DNA of 64,000 bases from Octopus vulgaris (Eukaryota): assembly GCA_951406725.2 (NCBI GenBank), contig OX597828.1:2232001-2296000 (forward strand), in the 5' to 3' direction. A program made the position numbers and the translations under genes. The notes below the pieces were generated by a model, which was given only the letters and a program-made list of their open reading frames with translations, made no database searches and was not told where the DNA came from. Below, piece by piece: positions 42,171-53,735 of this stretch (position 1 is the stretch's first letter; each line of letters starts with the position of its first letter).

Positions 42171-42395
42171 GGCATATATATATATATATAAATAATATTA
42201 ATTCGAGACAAAACCACTATTTTGCAAAACAAACAAGGAAAGACTTAATCAATACATAAAAATTTTTAATATTTGGATTTAATCCTAAATCTGATTTTTT
42301 TCCCTGTAAATTTGGATTTATTCCCTAATATTTATTATTATTTATATATAGAAATATATATATATATACGTATATGTATATATATATATATATAC

Positions 42396-42447
<52 letters not shown>

Positions 42448-42514
42448 TATATATATATAAACATATATATATACATATATACATATATATATATATACAT
42501 ATATACATATATAC

Positions 42515-42601
<87 letters not shown>

Positions 42602-42603
42602 TA

Positions 42604-43697
42604 TATGGGTACAGGATGTCACCAACTGTGTTAAACAACATGAAGTACGAAAACAAACGAGTTAAATACGCAAACAACGAGAGAAAAAATGGAAAACAGG
42701 ATAAGTAGCATAGAAAACTAACCTTCATCAATTGTCGGCTGTCCATTTACTCCTTATTTCGAGCATTTAACGACAATATGAGTCTTCGAAGACAGTTGCT
42801 CCCATAAATTCCAAAATAAAATTTTGGATTTCTGGAGAGTCAAAGTTGGGAACAAAAACAGAACAGTGGAAACATACAAGAAAACTGAACAAAAACAAAC
42901 ATGGCGGGTCATTAGACCAGAACGAGGGGAATATAGTGAACGCTGGGAGAAATATTTTCTTTGAAAAGAGAAAAGATAGAAGAGAGAGATAGAAGACGCT
43001 CAGTCCTTAAAACGTCGTGCAGGAAAAGAAAGATGGTCACGTGTGAGCAACAAGAGAGAGAAAGAGAGAGAGAGAAGAGAGTGAGAGATATAGAAAACTG
43101 TGAAGGGGAAAAAGGAATTAGATAAGGATGGGCGAGAAAACAGTATAGAATCTCCTCCATCCTTGTCTAATTCCCTTTTTCTCTCTCTGTCTCTCTGTCT
43201 CTCCCTTTCTCTTTTCTCTCTCATGTTGCTCTCACGTGACCACCGTCTATCTTTCTTCTCCTCACGTGACCATCTTTCTTTTCCTGAACGACTTCTAAGG
43301 ACTGGACATCTTCTATCTCTCTCTTCTATCTTTTTTCTTTTCAAAAAAAATATTTCTCCCCGCGTTCGCTATTTTCCCCTCGTCCTTTTCTAATGACCCT
43401 CCATGTTTGTTTTTGTTCAGTTTCCTTGTATGTCTCCACTGTCCTGTTTTTGTCCCCAACTTTGACCCTCCAGAAATCCAAAATTTTATTTTGGAATTTA
43501 TGGGAGCAACTGACTTCGAAGACTCATATTGTCGTTGAATGCTCGAAATGAAGAGTAGATAGACAGCCGACAACTGATAAAGGGTCGTTCTTTGTGCTAC
43601 TTTTGTGTTACGTTTTCCATTTCTTGCTCTTGTTGTTTGCGTATTGAACTCATTTATTTTCGTACTTCATGTTGTTTTACACAGTTGGTACCCATAT
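42604..43697. repeat. About 1.1-kb imperfect palindrome (fold-back element)
   Basis: 42604-43136 is the diverged reverse complement of 43151-43697; flanked by (TA)n; related pieces at about 17040-17400. Confidence 0.85.
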
Positions 43698-43890
43698 ATA
43701 TATATATGTATCCTATACCCTGGAACTTACACACAAGATACAGGAGACTTATACGTATACCATTCTGCTTAAGTAATGGAACTGCAGTTACAATATCCCT
43801 GCATATCTCACGTCTGTTTTCATTCCTCCACTTCACTCTCTATTTCATATCTTCTCTAGAATAACTATTGCTTTACCATCCTCTCGCACC

Positions 43891-43938
43891 GTCTCCGATG
43901 AAGGGATATATAAAATATCCCGGAAACAGTTGTAAGAC
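43891..43938 (+). ncRNA. Type I hammerhead variant (U4C) in a short PLE-type repeat (about 43705-44010)
   Basis: GUCU-CCGAUGA-A-GGGAUAU(AUAAA)AUAUCCC-G-GAAAC(AGUU)GUA^AGAC. Confidence 0.7.
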
Positions 43939-44089
43939 CGTCTCTTTATACATGTTCTGAAATCTTTCACACCCTTGGATTTTTATCTCATTCTGTTTTA
44001 ATTTTTTATGCATACATATATATATATATATATACATTACTTATATTATTTATATTATTATTTAATTGAACGCCACGCATCCATTTCCA

Positions 44090-44150
<61 letters not shown>

Positions 44151-44191
44151 GCTCATACATACGTGTATGTAAGAAAAGATATTACACATGC

Positions 44192-44267
<76 letters not shown>

Positions 44268-44272
44268 ATAGA

Positions 44273-47200
44273 TAACCTTCTTTATTAGCCACACAGGGCC
44301 GGACACTGGGGGGACAAAATACAATCTAGAGCTTTTCTTTTCGAAAGAAAAAGAAGAAAATAGAAAATAATTTCTGATCAAATGGGATCCTGTAAGAAAA
44401 AAAGCGATCAAAAGGGATCGTGTGGAAAGAAAAGCCTACCAAAAAGCCACAGTAACCTTGTGCAGGGAGGGAGGGAATGTCAGAGCAAACGCTCTCTCTC
44501 TTTTTTCGATTTACAGGATCATGCTCAAAGTGGTTTCGTCATTCACGCGTACCAACTTTGCTACATTCACCCACCTTTTATTGAATCTTTCATGAGACAA
44601 ACCTTGCCTCTCTACTCTCACCTTCCTTTTCAAGTGGTTCCTGAAAAAGTTGATGAGCGATTGGCCAGAGAGGAAAGTGTTTGTCTCTAAACCTTTCGCT
44701 CGAGTCCACCACACACATTCTTTCACCATAGCCACCAGTACGATAAAGACTGTCTTGCCTTCCCGGTTATGGGAAGGTGACGGAGCAGTTTTCATGATAG
44801 AGTCGGCCGACAACCGATTTCGTCCCACAAGTGACAGCAGCCGTTCAGCATAGGCCCACAGGCCCGAAATGGTTGGACACTGCACGAGTGCGCGCCGAAC
44901 GGTTTCGTCGCTGTGACCGCATCTCAGGCAAGTCGGTCCAGTGTGTCTCGAATCGCGCCTGTAGAGCTTATCCTGAACGGGCAATGCTTCTCGATAGCAC
45001 TGCCAGGCCAGGGACCTCTGGTGATTGTCCTTATCTTCCGGTCCGAAAGTTACCCTTAAAAGGCGGGTTAGGTGTTCCTCGTCGACGCCCAGATTCTGCC
45101 CGAAAACGTCGTCGCACCTCCCTTCCACTAATCCTCTATAGAACGTCTTCGTGGAATTGAAGTCGAACAAGTTTGGTCCCGGACTGCAGAGTTGCTTGAG
45201 AGCAAGGCCGCACTTGCAGTGCCATTCGCCTAGCCTCGGTCTCTGTTTGGTTTCTCACGATTGCAGATCGGCTAAAGAGACGAGCTGCGGGAAAGCGCGC
45301 CTCAAAATGGCGACTACACCTGTTCACCGTCGTCAGTGAAGCGCCAGAGATGTCGCAGTTTCAGCGCATATCTGTGCATCATCAACCACGGCATGCCCAG
45401 CCCTCCATTTAGCGCGTGTTGACAGTAAATTGATCGCCTAACCATCGGAACGCTTCCCTTCCACTAAAAACGGGAGAGTATGCGTTCAAGTTTGGTGATG
45501 GTAGTGTCGGGACAAGGCATGACAGTCAGGCGGTAATCGATGGCAGATGCGATGTACGCGTTCACCACCTCCGCCCGACTTTTTAGGGATAGCTTCCTCT
45601 CGGCCATTGCTGGGTGAGAGCGGTTACCCTACTCGTTATCTCGTCCCAGTTCTTCTCCATTTGGAGGTTCGGACTGAACCAGACTTCCAGCAATTTAACC
45701 GATCCGTCAGTCCAGCCCACTGACCTTTCCCAGTTAATTTTCGCTCCCATTACCGTTTCGTATTCTTTTAGCGTCTCGCCGACCAGATCGATATGTCTGT
45801 GGCTCGACACTATCACGGTGACGTCGTCCGTGTATGCAGATACGCTCCTCCCGCATCCCAGTTCTCGCGGGATGCCCTTCAGCGTCGCCAGTTCCGCAGT
45901 AATGGTTCTAGAATCAATACGTACTGAAGCGACGAGAGGGGGATCCTTGACGGACCGAACGCATGATGTTAAATGGTCAGGACAGTGACCATTTACGCAA
46001 ACTACCGATCGAATGCCGCAGTATAAGGCAGTGATCCAACCGCGGAAGACTGGATCGAAACCAGCTGCTCTGAGGACAGCCTCCACGTAACGATGGTCGG
46101 CCCTATCGAAAGTTTTTGATTGATTCAAATTGATCAGCGCCTCACCAAAGCCAAGTTCCTTAACTACCCTGTCTATGATGAAGTGCATCAGATGGGGGTT
46201 GTCATGGATACTCCTGCCCGGCACGGCGCGTGTTTGCGACTTGTCGACCAGTTTCTCGATGATAAGCGCCAACTTCTCGGCTAAGACCTTGGCCAACATC
46301 TTCAAATTTACGTTGAACAGAGTAATGGGCCTGAAGTTATCTATGACGTTCCCCTTGTTTGGATCATTCTTTAGTAGTGCTACCGCCACTCGCTTCACAG
46401 AAACGGGGATACTCCCGTTTGGCTGCCAGTTGCAGTAGACCACTGCCAAGACGCCCCCAAACAAGTCTGGCATTTGACAATAAAGTTCGTAGGGCAGACC
46501 ATCCAAGCCTGGCGACTTATCCCCCACACAGCCTGCGTACGTCACACATCCTTTCTGGCTCGAGTAATTCGTGTCCCTTCTCATCTGTCAGAGACCTAAT
46601 GATGGCTTTGTTGCATCATTGCACCCCCGCCACTCGGGCTTCTCGGGCGGTTCCAACACCTTCGTTCCTCAGAGTACGCATCCTAGCTCTGACAACGCAT
46701 CCCTCGCGTTTGGCGTTGAAGTATTGATTGAGGGCCAATCTCGCCGCCAGTACGTTGGATGCGATGTCAGTTCTAAGTGCCTCTTTTAATTTCTTAACTA
46801 GGTCTCCATCTATTTCGGTCTAATGCTAGGACCTTACTGTACCTAACTGATTCTGCTTTAATTGCTTTCTTTAGGGCATAACACCATCTATTGTGGACGA
46901 TGGTGCCCGTCAATGCTCTCTTAACTAATGTGATTAGCTGGTCCCTGTACGCCTGGTGTGCCGTGAACGACGCGTTCAGCTTCCAGTAACCGGGAACCTG
47001 CCTGTGGCTCTTATCTAAGTCAAGTGTACAAGTCACAAATTTATGACCTGTGTGGCTGACTATATGGAAGTTTGGACAACCTACACTATCCCTACCTACT
47101 GTCCTACAGAATACTCTATCGAAATACGGTCTGGGCGACCCAATGCGGTTGCTCCATGTCCACAGTGGCACATTCGGATGGTCCAGTCAGTACCTGTCAG

Positions 47201-49198
47201 ACAGTTGGAAACGTTTGAGCAGGTGTTTGAGGCATTTACATCCCCTCCTATTACTATCTCTGTCCACGTAGTCTAGAAACGTCCAAGGTTTTAGAGAGGT
47301 ATTTTTGAAATCTCCCTACTGCATCCGGGTAGAGAGATTTCAATGTGTTGTATGTGTTCTGTGTAATGTGTATGATTTTAATGGGTTGTGGTGCTGTTGT
47401 TCGTGGGTGATTATTCGTTTTGGTATCGTTTTCCGTTATGTATTCCATTCGGTATGGATTGTTAGTGTTTATAGCTGTCAACATTGTTGAGGCATTTGGT
47501 GTTAGTGTGTTCGTATTAATGCTTTTGCTTTCTGCAAGTGTTTTGGTTTCGGGAGTGATAAACCTCCCTGCTTTGTTTGTCTGCTTCTCTATCCTTTTTT
47601 TACCCCTTTTTCTCCTTCTCCCTGTGTCCACTTGCCAATCCTGCGTCGTCTTCATCTGATGACATGTCGGAGAAATCAGAAGGTGGGAGGGGAAGGGTAT
47701 TGGGGTCTATTTTTGGGTGTGTTGATTTTGTTGTTGGTGTTGGTGCTGGTTGTTGACAGTTGGGATGTGGTGTATGGGTTTTTGGGGGTGGGGTATGAGT
47801 CCTCTTGGTTTTCGCTTCTTCCTTTAGTGTTGTTGTTGTTGTTGTTGGCGGTGGTGGTACTGGTGCTGGTGGTGCTGGTGCTGGTGTTGTTTCTGTTCTT
47901 GGTGACGCTGATAGTGGTGTCGTTTGATTGGGCTGGCTTGTTGGTTGCTGATGTTCCTTTATTTGTTTTTAGAGCTGTTTTATCAGTTGTACATATGGCG
48001 GTGTGGGTAGCAGTGCTAGTTTTTCTTCGTTTTTGGTTTTCCTGTTGTGGTTATTGTTGTTGTTGTTCTTGATCTTGTTGTTGTTGTTTCTATGCTAGTG
48101 GGCAATTGATTTTCAGGTGTGATTTGCTACCACAACGTGGCCTTCTGCCTTTGAAGGCCACATGCAAATTCGAATCGTCTGCCAGTTTGATTAGATGTGG
48201 AATCCTTTCAATGTTGATTAGATTAACTTGAGCAAGGATTTCCATTCCTTGACCAATTCAGTTTTGCTGGTCCAGGACAGTGATTTCCAAGATATGGATT
48301 GCCTTCTCGATATCGTAACAAATGGCAGACACAAGCCATTTTATTTCTATCTCAGGAAGCAAATCTTTGATTTTTATTTTTGTGACCCTACGACCAAGAT
48401 ATTTTGGGATCGTCATTAAGTTCTCGAATTCAAAAGACTTTGTGTAGAGGTCCTTGGCTCACTCTTCACTGTCGAATATAACATCGATCGTGGAAAATTT
48501 TTCACCTGGTGATATAGTCTTTAAATGCCTATATGGACCTTAGACATTTTTCTGCTGTTTCTTGAGAGGCAGTTACGTAAAATTTGGGTTTTAGGTTGAG
48601 TATCTTGTAAATAATTGGGGTTTTTTTCTTCTGTGATTTTTTGTGGTGTTTGCAGTTGTATGATGTGTTCGTTTTATATAAATATTGCCTTGCAAGCAAG
48701 CAGTTCTTCCTTTAAAAAGGATATAATTCTTTTCTTCAGCTTTAAAGCTGCGGCAAAATTGCTTTGAGTGTTCCTGTTGGTTGTGGTAGTGATGGTGATA
48801 CTGGTGGTGGTAGTGGTGGAGGCAATGTTTATAGTAGTAAACGTCTTTATTTCTTTGTAACTTCCAAGTCCAGGCTGGCGGTTTTCTGTGTGCGTTCAAG
48901 CAGAACAACTTTCTAGTCAGCTTCCCTCACCTCTCAATTTGATAGAGGCGGGAAGTCGATGGCTTCCTGGTTTGATTTAGCCATTTTCGTTCAGAAGATG
49001 GCAAGGAAACCGAAGAAAATTCTTTAAAGTTTTGGAAATTCACTCACAGTGGGGGAATTTCCTATTAAAAAATTTACTGTGGCTGAAGGAGATGATGTTA
49101 GACACTCTTTTACAAAAAATATTCTACAAACAAACAGTTTTTCTACACAAAAAAGCCAACTTACTTGGAGCCGATCATTCTGCAGTCAATTCACATCA
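44273..49198 (-). mobile_element. Tx1-like retrotransposon, both ends present, internally degraded, flanked by (GATA)n
   Basis: KSPGLDGLP, FRPITL, SAYTDDVTV, PGYWKLN, TCLRCGHSDETV..ALVQCP; AATAAA at the 3' end; (GATA)n at about 44192-44272 and 49199-49245. Confidence 0.88.
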
Positions 49199-49199
49199 G

Positions 49200-49266
<67 letters not shown>

Positions 49267-50155
49267 TAGAGAGAAGAAAAATCTTCAAAGTATTTTATCC
49301 TTTTAGTTATTTAGTTTTCTTGCTGTTTAAAATAACTTTTAGATAAAAATATGCATTAAAAATGTTCAGTACGCTGTGTTATTGACTGTAGCTATAATAG
49401 ATGTGTTGACAATATTTAATGTTTTATCGAATTTCTCTTTATGAAAAAGGATATAAAAAAAAGCACTGTAACTTAATATAAGTAATACAGAACTGGTAAA
49501 CAGTCATTCTTTCCTCCTGTTTTCTACTCTCATGTTCTCATTTTGGCTTTTTATTAATTCTTTCCTTTTCTTTCTCGTTTTATTTAAACGTCCGCATCCT
49601 TATACACATAGGGGGAAAGTAACCTCATACATAGATACTTACAAGATGCCTACAACCATCCGCAAACATAAATTTGTATGCTCCCCACATTCATGTCGCG
49701 CTATGCACATACATGCACAAAAAAGCCTTAAAGAAAACAAAACACAGACAATCCGTCGAAGGCAAAATTTTTGGCCAACACAAAAAGTCTACAAATATAT
49801 TGGACATCTCATTCATTTCCAACAACATCTCGCATGAAAGAAAATTGAAAGTATTACAAAACACCTCAAAGGGAGCCTTTATGTCGTTTCTGTATCTGTG
49901 TGTACATGTGCATTTATATATATAAGTTCAGCAACAATTTAGATTCAAATGAATATGGCACTTAATTTAGATGCACCAGAATTTTTTATGGTGTCTACCC
50001 ATAAACAATATGCGGGGTGGTTATAAGTAGAAGACATTGCCCAACACGCAGTGGAATCCCGGTAAGCATGTGGTTGGTAAGCAAGCAACTTACCACACAG
50101 CCACTCCTATATACATACATACATACATACATACATACATACATACATACATAAA

Positions 50156-50189
<34 letters not shown>

Positions 50190-50302
50190 TATTTCGGAAT
50201 GGTCATATTGCCAGTTTAGCCAATAAAAACACACGCACTATATATTTGGTGTTATTTTGCTTCAGTGATATTTATTTTTTACATTAATCTTAATCTTATT
50301 TC

Positions 50303-50346
50303 GGCCAAAGTTCTTTCGTCACACTCCTGTGACCGCATCAGTGGTC
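50303..50346 (-). ncRNA. Hammerhead-like motif, core A9 altered, in a short repeat between (TA) tracts
   Basis: GACCA-CUGAUGC-G-GUCACA(GGAG)UGUGAC-GAAAGAACUU-UGGCC. Confidence 0.55.
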
Positions 50347-50405
50347 CTTTGTTTTCTTCTCACTTACTTGTGTCTCTCCTTACTAACCGTCAGCCATTTT
50401 TAAAC

Positions 50406-50459
<54 letters not shown>

Positions 50460-50510
50460 AAAAAATGAAGTTCGAAAATGCTGCTGTATTATACAATTTT
50501 TAATTTTTAT

Positions 50511-50570
50511 ATATACATTATAACATGTTTCAGTTCCTGAAATGAACCTTATCAAAAAAAAGTTATATAT
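50511..50570 (-). ncRNA. Hammerhead variant (U3-A8) in the PLE terminal repeat
   Basis: UUGAUAA-GGUUC(AUUUCAG)GAACU-GAAAC(AU)GUU^; palindromic AACAUGUU; stem I is AU-rich and weak; cleavage predicted between 50522 and 50521. Confidence 0.6.
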
Positions 50571-50827
50571 AAAAAGAGACAGCTCATGCCGTCAAACACA
50601 AGAAATTCATTTATAATACACAACGGAATCAGACATCTTAGAGTTCATGTATAGTTGATATATAGTTCATGTATAGTTGATATATAGTTTGAAGTATATG
50701 TTCAAAGTGTTCGATGCAGTGGCCCACGGTGGCGATGCGTATTCAATACAAAAAACAGATCAAAGTGGTGGAAAGCGGTCAATACAGAAGATTGATGTTT
50801 CCGAAAGAGCGAGGAATTCATTTTTAC

Positions 50828-50877
50828 CTTAAGCAATTGTGATGACCCATGGTGGAAGTTCGCTGGGTGGTTCTAGT
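50828..50877 (-). other. Putative first exon of the PLE (Inr, Kozak ATG, splice donor)
   Basis: TCACT Inr at 50879-50875; CCACC-ATG-G with ATG at 50850-50848; AAG|GTAAAA donor with GT at 50827-50826. Confidence 0.6.
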
Positions 50878-51270
50878 GAGTTTTTGTGAAATGCTCGGTT
50901 TTATAATGCCTGTTAGGTGGTCAATCTAGCGTAGCGTGACGTCATCAATGTTTTGACCAATCGTTTCGTTAGGTGGCTTTAATCAAGTGGAACGGGACGT
51001 CATCATTATTTTGACCAATCGCTGCATTATAACTCCCTCTTGTTTGTTTCCTGTCTTGACCAGTCGCTTCGTTAGTCAAGCATAGCGGGACGTCATCCAG
51101 ATTCTGCCCAATCACGACTTATAGCTACATTAGATCTGCCCCCTGTCTGTACTTGTTAGGTGACTATTCAAGCAGAAAAGGACGTCATCAATATTCTGAC
51201 TAATGACTGTCCCCTGTTTGTATCCTGTCCATTCTAGCAGAGCTAGACGTCATCAACTTGTTGACCAATC
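50875..51270 (-). promoter_or_regulatory. PLE internal promoter: five CRE-like/CCAAT composite sites, TATA box and Inr
   Basis: GACGTCATC-N10-CCAAT (plus strand) at 50938, 50996, 51089, 51181 (CTAAT variant) and 51246; TATAAAA on minus at 50905-50899, 28 nt upstream of Inr A at 50877. Confidence 0.75.
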
Positions 51271-51437
51271 AGAATCGGGTCTGACCCTTAGCTGTATCGT
51301 ATGTATCAGGGTCAGATTTGCACGAAAGAATTTTTTTCCTTTTTTACTAAGGCATATTTCCGTCAGAGTGAGTGTCTGTTTGAAGTAGCGGCCGTGGTGA
51401 AATTTGGTTCTCCTTTTCGGAGGACTTATCTTTTGTT

Positions 51438-53735
51438 TTAGTATTCCTGGCCCAGGGTGTTTAAACTTGGTCTAAATTTTTTTATGAAATATAGTTCTTT
51501 ATTTTGGCGTTGTGTGAAGGTTGCGTTGTCACTGAATTTATAGAGCGGGTTAGTTGTAAATTTCGGATTTACATTTCCAGCACATCTATCTATGTGTCCG
51601 CTGACCGGTATTTTGCGGTAATCAGGGTTTCTAATTTGTGATTTATGCACCGCCATCCTGTTACGTAAGCTATTTTTTGTATGGCCTATATACTGCCTAT
51701 TGCAGCCTGCGCATGTTATGACGTAAATTAAGTTTTCTGATGCGCAGGTGAAGTTTGTTCTAATGGTGAACTGGTGGCCTTGTTCCAGTATAAATTCTGA
51801 TCCTTCTTTCAAGATGACTCAGATTCCGCAGTTGGGCCTTCCACATTTTCTAACTGCTGGTTTTGTGGTTGATGTTGAGTGCAGTGTAGCTTGGGTTAAA
51901 ATCCTTTTCAAGGATTTTGGTTGCCGTTTACTTTTAATGATGGTGTGTGTTTCGAGGATCCGGTTCATCTTTGGGTCTCCCTTTAGTAGGGCTGTGCTTT
52001 GTAGTATGGTGTTGAAGGCCTCATTGTTGAGTGGGTTGTGTGTAGAGATGTAGGGAAGGGTTTTTAATTGTTCTTTCTTTTTTGGTTTTGTTTATCTCAG
52101 GTCTTCTATACTTAATTTAAGTACCCGTTGGATTGTACTGTCTATTAGGGGCTGTGGATAGTTTCTATTTGTGAGTGTGGTTCTAAGTTCCTGGAGACGT
52201 GTGTGTCGGGTGTTTGTGTCTGATATTATGGTGCAAATCCTTCTAGCTAAACAAAAAGGGACATTCATTCTAGTGTGTCGTGGGTGGCATGAGTCAAAGG
52301 GTAGGTACTGTTTAGAGTCCGTCGGTTTATAGTAGATATCTGTCTCTATTTTGTTGCCGGTTTTCTTAATGAGGATGTCTAAAAATGGTAATTCTTTTTC
52401 GTTGTGGTCCATCGTGAATTGTATATTGTCATTTATTCCATTTAATAGAATTTTAAATTCCTCAAGTTTCTCTATGCCTTTGTCCCAGATGATGAAACAG
52501 TCATCGAGGTATCTTTTCCAGTTGTTATGGATATAGGTGGCGAAGGTGTTTCCATATTTCTCGAGTGTCATCCGGTATAGTATTTTCTCGAGGTATCCCA
52601 TCACTAGGTTGGCAAAAGATGGTGCAGTACGCGTGCCCATCGCTGTTCCCGATCTTTGCCTGTAGAAATCATTGTCAAAAATAAAATAATTGTTCTCTAA
52701 AATGAATCTAAGTCCTTCTATTATAAGGTCTTTGTTTATGCGAGTTGGGAGTTCAAAGGGGTAGTTATTCAGCCAGATGGTGATTGCTTCTATTCCTAGG
52801 TTGTGAGGGATGTTAGAATAAAGATTAACTACGTCGAATGATACTAGAAGGGTTTTCTCATTGACTGTTTTAGGGAGGTGGTTGAGCATATCTATATCGT
52901 CTCTTACGTAGCTTTTGATGTGTTTTAGGAAAGGTTTAAGAAGTGTGTCTAAGAAATTGCTGAGGCGGTGAGTTTCACATGCTGGCCCTGCTATTATCGG
53001 TCTTAGTTTAAGATCATTTGGTGAAGGGATTTTGATGAGTGTGTCGGTGGATGTTTTGCACGTTTCTCTAATGGTTTGGCTTTTGTGTACCTTAGGGATA
53101 CCATAGAACAAACTCGATTTGCATTTGAAGTTAGTGATGTATTCATACTCCTTGTTCGTGAGTCCTTCTTGGTATGTGTTGATTAATGTCCTAAGGTTAT
53201 GCATTATCTTTTGCTGGTTATACTGTTGGGCCCTTTCATAATACGTTTCATCTCTTAATAGGGATAGCACTAAATTTTTATAATTGTTTGTATTCATTAT
53301 TACTATCGCGTTGCCCTTATCTGCCTCCTTAATTGTTATTGTTTTGTCTTCTCTTAGTTTGATGAGGTCGTTCCATTCTCTTTTGTTGAAGTTAGGGCTG
53401 TGTTTTTGTTTCTTGATGAATTGAAACGGGAAATTAGTTATGTAGTCACAATAGCGGTCTAAGGCTTTATTCTTACCTTTGGTGGGGGTGTAATTGCTCT
53501 TGTTTCTAGCTATTGAGTCCTCCTCTATTTGTTTGTCTTGAAATGCCTCGGTGAGTCTTAGTTTTCTGCAAAATTCCGAAATATCATCTTTCATTTCATA
53601 ATAATTAGAACGTTGTGGGGTGGGTGTAAATTTAAGTCCTTTGGAGAGTATGCTTATTTCGTTAGGTGTAAGTTCTTTGTTTGAGAGATTGATTATCTTA
53701 ATTACCTGAGGTTTCTTTTGTTTGTCCTTTGCCAT
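51438..53735 (-). pseudogene. PLE ORF2: reverse transcriptase + zinc linker + GIY-YIG endonuclease, one frame with two internal stops
   Basis: LSKGLKFTP, ADKGN, YGIPKVHK, LRPII, SFDVVNLY, GTAMG, RYLDD, LPFLD, NLIYVIT..YIG; TAA at 52094-52092 and TGA at 51821-51819, no frameshift. Confidence 0.92.

Noticed and set aside
43525-43590. Hammerhead in the palindrome arm (CGAAAT...CTGATAAAG)
   Set aside because: Could not form stems I-III around the candidate core
50936-51270. CRISPR-like array or SECIS elements (ATGA motifs in the repeats)
   Set aside because: Eukaryotic context, short motifs with irregular spacing; no SECIS helix with apical AA could be built by eye; transcription-factor sites explain it better
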